IMG/VR virus record: IMGVR_UViG_3300034389_000010
Span: 33,935 to 97,934 of that record
Strand: one strand, 5' to 3'
Origin: a virus
Length of the DNA stretch: 64,000 nt
The position numbers were made by a program, and so were the translations under genes. Below the pieces are notes generated by a model. The model saw only the letters and a list, made by a program, of their open reading frames with translations. It was not told the DNA's origin and did no database searches. Below, piece after piece: positions 10,363-19,301 of the stretch (the stretch's first letter is position 1; the number at the start of each line of letters is the position of its first letter).

Positions 10363-11262
10363 ATGATCGATTACCGCATGATGCTGCACGACATCCGTTC
10401 CAAGGGGGTGGCGCCGCAAGGCGCCACCCTGGACGCGGTCAAGCCTGCAGCCACTCCGGAGGTGCCCGAGGTGCCCCTGGCTGAGCCGGTCGTTACCGAG
10501 CCTGTGACGACCCTGGACAACGCGGCCGAGCCGACCCCTACCGAGCCCACGCCGGCGGCTGATCCTGCTGCTGGCGCCCCCGCAGGCGATCCTGCGCCGG
10601 TGCTGGATGGTGTCGTGGTCGAGCCCGAGCCTGCGCCTACCCCGGAAGGCAAGCCGATCTATGACGCGGCCGGTACCGCCCTGTTCGTCGATGACGTGGT
10701 CGGCACCGATCTGGACATCACCGCCGCCGCCATCGTCCAGGAGTGGGCGGAAACCCTGCCCGAGGATCTGGACGACGGCGAAGGCCCGGCCGACCGCCTG
10801 CTGGCCCTGATGATCGGCGCCATGCCCGAGGACGAGTTCCCGGACGTGATCAGCGACGATGCGGCCGACGACCTGATGGACCTGGGCGACGCCGTGGGCG
10901 ACGTGCTGGCCGACCTGGGCGTGGCCGATGAGGACCTGGACATCCTGCTCAACGACTTCGACAACGATGTCGGCGAGCGCGTCCAGGAGCTGATCGCCGG
11001 CAGCCTCGCCGAGGGCGCAGATCCTGTGACCTTCGTGCTGGGCGATGGCAGCGATGAACCGGCCTTCGACGCCGTCTACCGCCGCCGCATCGCGGTCCGT
11101 GGTGGCAAGAAGGTGCGCATCAACAAGCGCGTCTCCGGTCGCGTGGTGCTGTCCGGCGCGCAAAAGGCATCGGTACGCAAGATGCAGCTCAAGGCCCGCA
11201 CCAGCATGGCCAAGCTGCGCCGCGCCAAGTCGATGCGTGTCCGCCAGCGGATGGGCCTGTAA
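10363..11262 (+). CDS. P1 gp21-like morphogenesis protein (acidic body, very basic C-terminus)
   Basis: Follows sheath as in P1 23-22-21; C-terminus VRGGKKVRINKR...LSGAQKASVRKM..RRAKSMRVR. Confidence 0.6.
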   Translation: MIDYRMMLHDIRSKGVAPQGATLDAVKPAATPEVPEVPLAEPVVTEPVTTLDNAAEPTPTEPTPAADPAAGAPAGDPAPVLDGVVVEPEPAPTPEGKPIYDAAGTALFVDDVVGTDLDITAAAIVQEWAETLPEDLDDGEGPADRLLALMIGAMPEDEFPDVISDDAADDLMDLGDAVGDVLADLGVADEDLDILLNDFDNDVGERVQELIAGSLAEGADPVTFVLGDGSDEPAFDAVYRRRIAVRGGKKVRINKRVSGRVVLSGAQKASVRKMQLKARTSMAKLRRAKSMRVRQRMGL

Positions 11263-11265
11263 GCC

Positions 11266-12198
11266 ATGAGCGTCTTTGACGGACTGAGTTCGACACTGTC
11301 GAGCGCCGCCAAAGGCGCAGGCTCGGTGCTTTCGGGCGCCACCAGTGGCCTGGTACATGACATCGGCGGCGAGGTCCTGGGATCTGTCGGGGACTCCGGC
11401 AGCATCCTGGGCACCCTTGCCGGCGCCCTGGGCGGGGTGTTCGACACCTTCGGCGCCCGCCAGACCTGGGGCCGCCTCAATCCCAAGTTGCTCGCCCAGC
11501 TCTACGCCTGCGACAAGGAGGGCAACATGGTCGAAACCGGCTATGTGGCCGGTCCGATCAGCGACGACAACATGGAGATTGGCCTCAACTGGCAGAGCCC
11601 GTTCGAGAACTCGGGTCCCGAGACCAAGGTGCCCTCGATCATGGCGCTGCTGCAGAGCGGCCAGGCGGCCACGGTGATCAACGCCCTGCAGGTGTCCGGC
11701 GTGCTCGGTACCAGCGAGGAGCTGAACACCATCGCCGACAACGCCAAGAAAGCAGCCGCTGCCTTGGAAGGCCGCACCGGCATCACCAAGGTGAACAGCC
11801 GGCAGGTATTTTCGGGCATGCCGCCGATCAAGGTGTCGATGACCCTGCACATGCGGGCGCTGGTGGATGCGCAGCGCGAGCTGATGGAGCAGTACAACCG
11901 CCTGCTGTCCTGGTCCCTGCCCCAGCAGCTGGCCGAGGACAGCTACCTGACCGGCATCATCCGCCAGGGTGGTGACGTGACGGAAATGGTCAAGGCGCTG
12001 TTCCCCTCCGAGGCGCCGCGCATGGTGTCGTTCCACTACGGGCCGCTGGCCTTTCCGCCCATGGTCATCGAGCACGTCGGCCACCCGCTGAGCGCGCCGC
12101 AGAACAAGGACGGCAACTGGATCCAGCTACCGGTGCAGATCACCCTGGCGACGCTCACAGCGATGGACCGGCAGGACCTGGTCTATTTCTTCCGCTGA
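11266..12198 (+). CDS. Putative tail tube initiator / baseplate-tube junction protein
   Basis: 310 aa; NWQSPFE and tube-fold-like beta pattern; tail gene context. Confidence 0.5.
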   Translation: MSVFDGLSSTLSSAAKGAGSVLSGATSGLVHDIGGEVLGSVGDSGSILGTLAGALGGVFDTFGARQTWGRLNPKLLAQLYACDKEGNMVETGYVAGPISDDNMEIGLNWQSPFENSGPETKVPSIMALLQSGQAATVINALQVSGVLGTSEELNTIADNAKKAAAALEGRTGITKVNSRQVFSGMPPIKVSMTLHMRALVDAQRELMEQYNRLLSWSLPQQLAEDSYLTGIIRQGGDVTEMVKALFPSEAPRMVSFHYGPLAFPPMVIEHVGHPLSAPQNKDGNWIQLPVQITLATLTAMDRQDLVYFFR

Positions 12199-12208
12199 TC
12201 GAAAGCTA

Positions 12209-12238
12209 CGACGCCGGCACCTGAGCGGGCCGGCGTCG
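12209..12238. terminator. Hairpin between convergent genes
   Basis: CGACGCCGGC-N10-GCCGGCGTCG 10-bp stem. Confidence 0.5.
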
Positions 12239-12247
12239 CTGGCATCT

Positions 12248-13228
12248 CTACTTGAACGCCTTTCCCGCCACCGAGGTGCGTAGGTGCCGCCACAGTGGAC
12301 GTTCCAGGATGAAATGGAAGGCAACAGCCAGCGCCAGCGCGAGGCCAAAGACCAGCAAGAACTGCCACCCCTTCTCCAGGTGCAAAGGCTCGGTGAGCCA
12401 TATCATCGGGAAATGAAACACAAATAGTCCGTAAGACGTAGCCCCTGCGTATTGCTGCAATGTGTGCATTGCCGGTGAAAGTCTGGCTTTGCTGGTCAGC
12501 AGGATCAGGGGAATGCCCAGTAAGATACCGGCGCTTACTTCCAAGTCAGGCACTTGCCGCGTCCCTGTGATTAGCAGTGCTGCCACATGCAGCAATGCCA
12601 GCACGCAGATGGCAGCCAGTAGGCATCTGCTCGCGAGTGTTCGCCGCTCTATCAAAACGCCGATCATGAATACAAAAAGCACACCAAAAAGCAGTCGGTA
12701 TCCATACCAATCGGCATGCAGCACGCCAATATGCGCGCAAATAAATACGACGAAACTTCCCGCTGCACACAGCGCCCCTACCCTGGGGTATGTGAGAAGC
12801 AGAGGCATGATCAGATAGAACTGCAATTCGGCCCCTAGCGACCATGCCGGCGGTATCAGCGTGAATCTATCAATACCGTTATACATATAGTAGTTAAGAG
12901 GTACGATGGTCAGATTGCCTAGCCATGACGCTATGTTGCTGGCCTCTGATAGGTAGTAAGACTTTGCACCTGATAGCCAAATCCCTGTCGCCACCAGTAG
13001 TGCAGCAAAATAAAGTGGATATATCCTTAATAGCCTGTCGGTATAAAACCACTTTATAGATGGTAGCAGGTCAGCGTGGGGGCGTTTCGCCCACAACTTC
13101 GTTACTACATGACCAGCCAGCATATAGAAAATTATGACTGCCCATACCCCGACGTTGTAACCCAGCGGCTCAATGCCTACATGGCTGACCACCACCAGGG
13201 TGGCGAGAAGAAAACGTAGAAACCCCAT
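12248..13228 (-). CDS. Acyltransferase-3 (OafA/Oac-like) membrane O-acetyltransferase moron
   Basis: Start MGFLRFLLATLVVVSH; R..RIYP, PPAWSLGAELQFY and SYGLFVFHFP motifs; multi-TM; low GC; opposite strand. Confidence 0.85.
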   Translation of the reverse strand: MGFLRFLLATLVVVSHVGIEPLGYNVGVWAVIIFYMLAGHVVTKLWAKRPHADLLPSIKWFYTDRLLRIYPLYFAALLVATGIWLSGAKSYYLSEASNIASWLGNLTIVPLNYYMYNGIDRFTLIPPAWSLGAELQFYLIMPLLLTYPRVGALCAAGSFVVFICAHIGVLHADWYGYRLLFGVLFVFMIGVLIERRTLASRCLLAAICVLALLHVAALLITGTRQVPDLEVSAGILLGIPLILLTSKARLSPAMHTLQQYAGATSYGLFVFHFPMIWLTEPLHLEKGWQFLLVFGLALALAVAFHFILERPLWRHLRTSVAGKAFK

Positions 13229-13310
13229 TTCGTTGCAGTGCCTTGTCCTAAAGGCGCGAATACTAACGTGGCACAGCCTTGCCTGTACCAAATGAGGCTG
13301 TGTTCCTTTC

Positions 13311-13351
13311 GGAAAGTCTCCCCGAGAGGCCCCAGGCCTGCGCCCCACACT
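13311..13351 (+). promoter_or_regulatory. Putative late promoter GGAAAG-N29-CACACT
   Basis: Conserved motif and spacing; restarts the tail operon after the moron. Confidence 0.7.
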
Positions 13352-13380
13352 CTGCCCATTACTCGCATTGGGAGAGCCCC

Positions 13381-13854
13381 ATGACTGTATCCACCGAGGC
13401 CTACATGGCCCAAATGATCAACGAAACCCTCGCCCTGGGCGACAAGACCCTCAGTTCCGACGCGCACTTCGTGATCGACGGTTTCGAGAACCTGACCGTG
13501 CTGGCCAAGCAGTTTCCCTGGCCCGTGCTGACCCCCGAGGGCGAGATCGAAACCCCCGCCCCCATGGGCATCAAGATCGGCCAGCCGCAGCAGATCAATG
13601 CGTTCCAGCGCAGCCCGATCGCCTTCATGGAAACCCGCGCGGGCCACATCGAAAAGATGATCCGCGAGATCAACGAGAAGGGCGGCCGCTTCAATGCCCG
13701 GATCTACGAAGGCACCCGCGAAAACCCGCTGCGCACCGCGCGGATCTTCAACTGCTGGGTGCAGATGGAGCCGATCGATCGCGACATCGAGAACCGCGCG
13801 CAGATCGTGCTGTGGTCCGGCACCCTCTTCTACCACTACACCGGCGAGGCCTAA
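13381..13854 (+). CDS. Tail tube protein (P1 BplB-like)
   Basis: ATG 13381 with GGGAG RBS; 157 aa, KQFPWP, ends SGTLFYHY; tube-like size. Confidence 0.6.
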   Translation: MTVSTEAYMAQMINETLALGDKTLSSDAHFVIDGFENLTVLAKQFPWPVLTPEGEIETPAPMGIKIGQPQQINAFQRSPIAFMETRAGHIEKMIREINEKGGRFNARIYEGTRENPLRTARIFNCWVQMEPIDRDIENRAQIVLWSGTLFYHYTGEA

Positions 13855-13857
13855 GCC

Positions 13858-14403
13858 ATGCGCTGCTCGGTGCTGCTGGCCAGTTACGTCGCCGTCCGCC
13901 CGCTCGGCATCATCCTTGAGGATGACCAGCTGGCGCGCAGCCTGAAACGGTCCATCCGGTTCTATTGCGGCTATGCCACGCTGACCCATGCGCCGAGCGC
14001 CTTCGAGATCCTGCTGCAGGACGCCGAGGCGGCGCGCATCGCGGCCGAGCGCCAGCAGATCGACCTGCTGGGTATCGGCGGCGTGCTCACGCCCTGGGAA
14101 CGCGCCGCGCTGCCGAAGGTGCCGCTGTACGCCCCGCGCGGGGTGGACGTGCATTCCCCGGTCGATGCCAGCAACGGCTTCATCGGCGACCAGGACTTCG
14201 ACCTGACGCCGAGCGAATACGCACTGATCTGGCCGCTGTTCGAGCTGTATGTGGAGTTGGAGAACGCCGAGGCCCTGGAAGCCTCGCGCGCCAGCGGCAT
14301 GGACGGCTGGGGCCGCAGCACCGACACCATCCGCGCCGAGATCGAGCAGACCGAGGAGCGGATGAGCAAGGCCGCCTTCGAGTTCGAGTGCATCACCCTA
14401 TGA
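13858..14403 (+). CDS. Putative head-tail connector / neck protein
   Basis: 181 aa helical protein in the structural operon. Confidence 0.45.
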   Translation: MRCSVLLASYVAVRPLGIILEDDQLARSLKRSIRFYCGYATLTHAPSAFEILLQDAEAARIAAERQQIDLLGIGGVLTPWERAALPKVPLYAPRGVDVHSPVDASNGFIGDQDFDLTPSEYALIWPLFELYVELENAEALEASRASGMDGWGRSTDTIRAEIEQTEERMSKAAFEFECITL

Positions 14404-15074
14404 GCGTGTTCGATCGCATCGCCAACCAGGTCGGACAGAACTACCTGTCCGCCCTGGGCCAGGCCTCCCCGCTGATCAAGTTCGGTACCGACCTGCTGAG
14501 CCAAAAGCTCACCAGCCGGGTCAAGCTCGGCAAGCGGGCGCTATTCGGCGGCCTGTCGGAGAGCAACTGGCGCGGGATGATCGAGGACTTCATTTCGATC
14601 GACCGCAGCAAGGCCAACCTCTTCCACTTCAACGCCACCAACCTGCAGACCGGCACCGCGCCGGATCTGAATATGTTCGTGATCGGCTTCCAGGCCTCGC
14701 CCATGACGGTGCGCGGCGAGTCGGTACCGATCGGCGCCAGCTTCTACGACAAGGTCGAGGGGATGGACGCCGTCCAGCTGCGCGTCACCACCATGGACGA
14801 CGCCGGCGGCTCGGTGAAGACCTGGTTCAAGAACATGCACCGGGCGATGGCCCCCGGCGACGGCACGGTCGGCATGCCGCTGTCCTACCTGGTCCGGATC
14901 ACCATCACCCACGCCTTCCCCAGCCAGAAGTCGGACGGCGCCGGCGGCGCCTTCGTCGATAGCTGGGTCATGCGCCCCGGCTCGATCGAGTACGAGGGCG
15001 ATCGCCGCAATGACGGCCTGCAGGAGCTGCAGCTGTCGTTCGTTCAATTCGACGGTTTTTCCAACCTGATCTAG
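14400..15074 (+). CDS. Tail tube-fold protein (P1 PmgG-like)
   Basis: ATGA overlap start at 14400; ends ELQLSFVQF, tube-like. Confidence 0.5.
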   Translation: MSVFDRIANQVGQNYLSALGQASPLIKFGTDLLSQKLTSRVKLGKRALFGGLSESNWRGMIEDFISIDRSKANLFHFNATNLQTGTAPDLNMFVIGFQASPMTVRGESVPIGASFYDKVEGMDAVQLRVTTMDDAGGSVKTWFKNMHRAMAPGDGTVGMPLSYLVRITITHAFPSQKSDGAGGAFVDSWVMRPGSIEYEGDRRNDGLQELQLSFVQFDGFSNLI

Positions 15075-15081
15075 GTGGTTC

Positions 15082-15867
15082 ATGCGCCATATCGCCCCGT
15101 ACCGCACGCCCCGCATCGGCGTGGATCTCAAAGAGCTGACCTTGGGCGCCGCCATCGTGCTGACCGCCCGGCCCTTTACCACCTACGAGGCCAACCAGGG
15201 CGCGTGCCTGGCGGCGATCGTGGAGCGCCACGAGGATCGGGATGGCCAGGTGACCGATCTGCGTCTGTGGACCGTCCAGGAGCGGCACGCGGTGATCTCG
15301 CACTACCTGGCGCACACCTTCGACAGCTTCGACTTCCCGGTCGGCGAGAATGCCCGCTTCTCGAACTACCTGCTGATGGAGCGGCCCATGGCCGAGCCGG
15401 TCGCGCTGGGGCCGATCGCCGATGACGAGTGGACCCTGCTGCCGCTGCTGGGCCTCTACGCCGAGTCGATCGAGCGCCTGATGGCCCAGCAGCGCATCCC
15501 CGCAAAGCGCCACGGCTGGGTGATCGCCTGCATGGCCGCGCAGATGCGTTCCACCGACGCCCGCGAGTCCGAGTTCCTGGCCAAGTGCAACCTGCCCAAT
15601 GCCGCGCACCAGGACCTGCCCGAGGCCCTGGTGGACGACTGGCTGGAGCGCCGCGTGCAGATGCTGCTCAACACCGCCGAAAGCGACTTCGCCGACCTGA
15701 TGGGCGCCTACCTTGCCGGCTTCGAGCAGCAACAGCACCTGGTGCGCATGGCGCATCACGACGATGGCCTGGTACTGGTCGGGGAGGCGCCGGGGCTGCC
15801 CCCGGCCCGATTTCCAGTTTCCGACCTGTTTGGACGCCAAACGCAACGACTTCTTGGTATCGCTTGA
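15082..15867 (+). CDS. Putative baseplate hub assembly chaperone
   Basis: 261 aa; WTVQER motif; tail operon context. Confidence 0.45.
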   Translation: MRHIAPYRTPRIGVDLKELTLGAAIVLTARPFTTYEANQGACLAAIVERHEDRDGQVTDLRLWTVQERHAVISHYLAHTFDSFDFPVGENARFSNYLLMERPMAEPVALGPIADDEWTLLPLLGLYAESIERLMAQQRIPAKRHGWVIACMAAQMRSTDARESEFLAKCNLPNAAHQDLPEALVDDWLERRVQMLLNTAESDFADLMGAYLAGFEQQQHLVRMAHHDDGLVLVGEAPGLPPARFPVSDLFGRQTQRLLGIA

Positions 15868-16087
15868 GAACCGGCGCAACGAGCTGATGCTGCACTTCGG
15901 CCAGCCCTTCGGCCACGCCGGCCAGATCCCGCTGAGCGCGGCCGATCGCATGATCGAGTCCAAGGCCTTCGAGCTGTGGCGCAAGATGGACGAGAACAAG
16001 GACGAGCTGATGATTCACCTGATGAAGCGGGTGGACACCGTCACCAAGGCCGTCGTCAGCCTGGGCAATGCCCTGGCCAGCCGGTAG
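15810..16087 (+). CDS. Overlapping +1-frame ORF, possible frameshift extension or small tail assembly protein (start uncertain; in-frame ATG at 15887)
   Basis: Phage-like codon usage in the +1 frame after about 15810; weak RBS. Confidence 0.45.
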
Positions 16088-16101
16088 CGCTTAGCGCAAT
16101 C

Positions 16102-16142
16102 GGAAAGCCCCCGGTGGGGCGCTGCTCCGGCGCCCCCACACT
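16102..16142 (+). promoter_or_regulatory. Putative late promoter GGAAAG-N29-CACACT
   Basis: Conserved motif; precedes the lysis cassette. Confidence 0.7.
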
Positions 16143-16171
16143 CTGGCCATCACCTGACGCCGGAGTCTTCC

Positions 16172-16486
16172 ATGACCCCCAACACTCACACCCGCCTCAA
16201 GTCCCTGTTCGACAAGGGTGCCTGGCTGCTCATGCTGCCCGCTGCCCTGCTGCTGTTCTTCATCGACCCCGCCATGCTCCTGACCATCCTGCAGTGGCTG
16301 CTGGTGGGCCTGGTCATCGCCGGCGTGACCATCATCGTCAGCCGCATCATGTTCCCGCAGGTCAGCATGCCCTGGCTGGTGGCCGAGATCGCCAAGGGCA
16401 ACATAGCCGCAGGCCTCACGGCCGCCGCGCTGATCCTGTTCGTGGGCATCATCTTCCTGGGGCTGGTGCTATGGGCCAAAGCATGA
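16172..16486 (+). CDS. Putative holin
   Basis: 104 aa with about 3 TM segments, directly upstream of the endolysin. Confidence 0.7.
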   Translation: MTPNTHTRLKSLFDKGAWLLMLPAALLLFFIDPAMLLTILQWLLVGLVIAGVTIIVSRIMFPQVSMPWLVAEIAKGNIAAGLTAAALILFVGIIFLGLVLWAKA

Positions 16487-17247
16487 CGGGCGTGGGCGCT
16501 GGCAGCGCCCTGGTACGCGGCCTGCTCGCCCTGCTGGTGGCCATCTTCCTCGCCGCCATGGTGGCGATCGGCCTGACCCTGCCGGGCTCGGCCTTCGCCG
16601 CCGAGGTGCCGGCCGCCGCCAAGCCGCTGCTGCCGATCCTGGCGCAGCAGCAGCGCACCACCTGGCCGGACCTGGTGGCGCCCGAGTTCCTGGCCGGGCA
16701 GATCGAGCAGGAGTCCTGCCTGTCGCTGACCCACTCCAAGTGCTGGAACCCGCGCGCCGAGCTGAAAACCAAGCGCGAGAACGGCATCGGCCTGGGCCAG
16801 TTCACCCGCGCCTATAGGGCTGATGGCTCGATCCGCTTCGACAAGATCGGCGAGCTGGCGGCCGCCTACCCCTCCCTCAAGGGCTGGGGCTGGGCGAACC
16901 GCTACGACGCCCGGTACCAGCTGACCGCCCTGGTGGAAATGGATCACGGCCTGTACCGCCAGGTGCGCGACGCGGCGACCGAGCGCGATCGCAAGGCCTT
17001 CACCCTGTCGGGCTACAACGGCGGCGCCGGCGGCGTGCTGCAGGACCGGCGCCTGTGCGGAAACACCCGAGGCTGTGACCCTGGGCGCTGGGCGGGCCAC
17101 GTCGAGCGCACCAGCCTCAAGTCCCGCGTGCCGGTACCGGGCTACAAGCAGTCCTTTTTCGCGATCAATCGCGAGTACGTCCACAACATCCTGGACGTGC
17201 GCAGCGCTAAGTACCGCGCCTATTTCGTGGAGCCTCCCCATGGGTGA
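16483..17247 (+). CDS. Endolysin, lytic transglycosylase (SLT-like) with N-terminal signal/anchor
   Basis: ATGA start 16483; QIEQES catalytic Glu, GLGQF, YNGG; hydrophobic N-terminus ending AFA. Confidence 0.85.
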   Translation: MTGVGAGSALVRGLLALLVAIFLAAMVAIGLTLPGSAFAAEVPAAAKPLLPILAQQQRTTWPDLVAPEFLAGQIEQESCLSLTHSKCWNPRAELKTKRENGIGLGQFTRAYRADGSIRFDKIGELAAAYPSLKGWGWANRYDARYQLTALVEMDHGLYRQVRDAATERDRKAFTLSGYNGGAGGVLQDRRLCGNTRGCDPGRWAGHVERTSLKSRVPVPGYKQSFFAINREYVHNILDVRSAKYRAYFVEPPHG

Positions 17248-17452
17248 TGACAACAAGATCCCCGAGGTTCGTTTGGCGCTGCTGGAGCATCGCCTGGGGA
17301 AAATTGAGGAAGACATCAAGGGACTGCCAGAGAAATTCGCCTCGATAAAGGAATTTCTGATCGTCCGAAACCTGGTGTTCACCGGGGTCGGGTCCGTTCT
17401 TCTGTCCGTCCTGGGCGGCCTGCTCGCCCTGGTGAAGAGTCTCCCATCATGA
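17240..17452 (+). CDS. Small coiled-coil + C-terminal TM protein (holin/XhlA-like)
   Basis: 70 aa MGDDNKIPEVRL...; single C-terminal TM. Confidence 0.55.
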   Translation: MGDDNKIPEVRLALLEHRLGKIEEDIKGLPEKFASIKEFLIVRNLVFTGVGSVLLSVLGGLLALVKSLPS

Positions 17453-17922
17453 AAAACCTACTCAACAAGCACGTTCCGCCCCACATTTTCTGGCCGTCCT
17501 TTCTGCTGCTGATCTTTGGCGGCATGGCGGGCGCGATCCTGAGCATCATGGTGGTGGGCAGTAATCCGTTCCAGGTGACGAACCTGGGCACGATCAACGT
17601 CGCCGGCGAGGCGCAGACCCAGTTCCATCCCGGCGACGTCGTGGTGGTCCGCCGGCAGGTCTGCACCGACAAGGGCGTCACCCTGACGTTCTATCCGGGG
17701 ATGCGCAGCGGCCAGGGCGTGCTGTTCGCGCTGCCCGTGGGCGCCTCCCGCTTCGCCCAGGGCTGTCGCGAGACGCTGTATGGCTTCGTGCTGCCCGCGC
17801 AGATCCTGCCCGGCACCTACACCTACCAGAACCTGGTCCAGTACCAGACCAACTGGATCGGCCGGGATGAGGCAAACGTCTACCCGCCCCTGACCTTCGA
17901 GGTGGTGGCCAATGATCACTGA
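17449..17922 (+). CDS. N-terminally anchored periplasmic protein in the lysis cassette
   Basis: One TM then a beta-rich domain with 2 Cys. Confidence 0.55.
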   Translation: MKNLLNKHVPPHIFWPSFLLLIFGGMAGAILSIMVVGSNPFQVTNLGTINVAGEAQTQFHPGDVVVVRRQVCTDKGVTLTFYPGMRSGQGVLFALPVGASRFAQGCRETLYGFVLPAQILPGTYTYQNLVQYQTNWIGRDEANVYPPLTFEVVANDH

Positions 17923-18325
17923 CACCCTGATGAAACCCCTGTACGTCGCCCTCGCCCTGCTGGCGGCGCTGGGCTTCGGCGTCGGGACCTACGTCGTGGT
18001 CGGCTGGCAGATGGAGAACACCTATCTGCACCAGCTCAACGACAGCAAGACCACCATCATCAACCAGAACACCAGCATTCTGACCCTAACGCAGAATCAG
18101 ACGACACTGCAGGCGGCGATCCAGCGGCAGAATCAGGCGGTGGAGCTGGCCGAGGAGCGCACCCGGCACGCCGAGCAGCAGCAGGCCCTGGCCAAGGCGG
18201 CGCTGGCCAGCCAGGCCAAGCAGAGCGATGCACGCATTGTCGGCCTGCAGAAGGATCTGGCGAACGTCCAGGTGACGCTGGCCACCCTGCTGCGCAAGAA
18301 CTGGGAGGCGAGCCGCCATGAGTGA
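17912..18325 (+). CDS. i-spanin (Rz-like)
   Basis: N-terminal TM plus long coiled coil, upstream of a lipoprotein. Confidence 0.7.
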   Translation: MITDTLMKPLYVALALLAALGFGVGTYVVVGWQMENTYLHQLNDSKTTIINQNTSILTLTQNQTTLQAAIQRQNQAVELAEERTRHAEQQQALAKAALASQAKQSDARIVGLQKDLANVQVTLATLLRKNWEASRHE

Positions 18326-18641
18326 TCTTGCGAAGTTGTTGCTGCTGTTCCTGTTCGTGCTGGCGCTGTCGGCCTGCGGATCCTCGCCCACGGCCCCGCT
18401 GGTGCCCAAGATCGAGACGGTCGAGGTCAAGGTGCCGGTTTCCACGCCGTGCATCGTCGAGGCCCCCGCCCGGCCGTTGTACGCCTGGGGCAAGGGCGAC
18501 TATCCAGGCGACAAGGCCGCCGTGGGCATCCTGCTGATCGACCATGAGCGGTCCGTGCAGTACGGCAAGGCCTGGGAGGCGGCCAGCACGGGGTGCGTCC
18601 GGAGCGTTTCGGAAAGTGCCAGCGTAACGCCATCACCCTGA
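18318..18641 (+). CDS. o-spanin lipoprotein (Rz1-like)
   Basis: Lipobox LSAC, Pro-rich, VEVKVPV..PC. Confidence 0.75.
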   Translation: MSDLAKLLLLFLFVLALSACGSSPTAPLVPKIETVEVKVPVSTPCIVEAPARPLYAWGKGDYPGDKAAVGILLIDHERSVQYGKAWEAASTGCVRSVSESASVTPSP

Positions 18642-18651
18642 GCCCTACCCT
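18611..18651 (+). promoter_or_regulatory. Putative late promoter GGAAAG-N29-TACCCT
   Basis: Conserved motif and spacing. Confidence 0.65.
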
Positions 18652-18685
18652 AGCGGCATCACTCCCCTGCCCCGCCGGTGCCGCT

Positions 18686-19021
18686 ATGATCTCCCCCGCC
18701 TACGCTCTGCTACCCCTGATCGCTATCCTGGCCCTGCTGCTGTGGCTGCAGATGCGTCGCGGTGATCGCCTGGTGCAGGAGAACCATCGTCATCAGTTCG
18801 AGGTGATGAGCGCGACTGAGGAGGCCTTGCGCTGGCGCCAGCTGGCCGAACGGGCCATCGGCACAACCTCCGAAATGGCAGGCACCGCCGCCGAGGGCAA
18901 CCTGGATCCCGGCCTGCTGATCCAAGCTGCTGGTGCGCTCCAGCGCGCTCACCGCCTGGTCGCAAGCCCCGTGGCTGATGAGGGCATGGGTAATGACCAC
19001 GCAGCATTGAGCGTGGCGTAG
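18686..19021 (+). CDS. Membrane-anchored hypothetical protein
   Basis: MISPAYALLPLIAILALLLWL TM; downstream of a late motif. Confidence 0.5.
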   Translation: MISPAYALLPLIAILALLLWLQMRRGDRLVQENHRHQFEVMSATEEALRWRQLAERAIGTTSEMAGTAAEGNLDPGLLIQAAGALQRAHRLVASPVADEGMGNDHAALSVA

Positions 19022-19031
19022 GAGTCAGGAC

Positions 19032-19192
19032 GTCATGGCCACGGCCTCATGGTCGTGAGGTCCTGGCCATTCCCTCACGCCAATTAGCTATTTCCTATTT
19101 CTTCATGGGAATTAGGGAATAGCCATTTCCTGACACCTCATGGGTCACGGCTCATGCCCGTGGCGCCATGGTTATGATGTCCTGCCTACTGG
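19032..19192. repeat. Degenerate 7-bp-periodic array (about 23 units), parS-like
   Basis: gtcatgg ccacggc ctcatgg tcgtgag ... in strict 7-nt register. Confidence 0.65.
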
Positions 19193-19301
19193 CCGGCATG
19201 ATCTGAAAGACACAGAAGACAGTCTTGACAGCCCCTCCCTTGCTGGTCGGCAGCTCCCTGGGCGGCTACATTGGTCGCCTCGAAGTGGAAGGCGTGCGGT
19301 G

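Noticed and set aside
2036-12084. Long minus-strand ORFs (e.g. 2036-3943, 6044-7666, 10183-12084)
   Set aside because: Antisense shadows of GC-rich genes with biased codon usage; no motifs or RBS
12199-12240. TCGAAAGC after the tail gene as a late promoter
   Set aside because: Lacks one G and the -10 hexamer; at most a remnant
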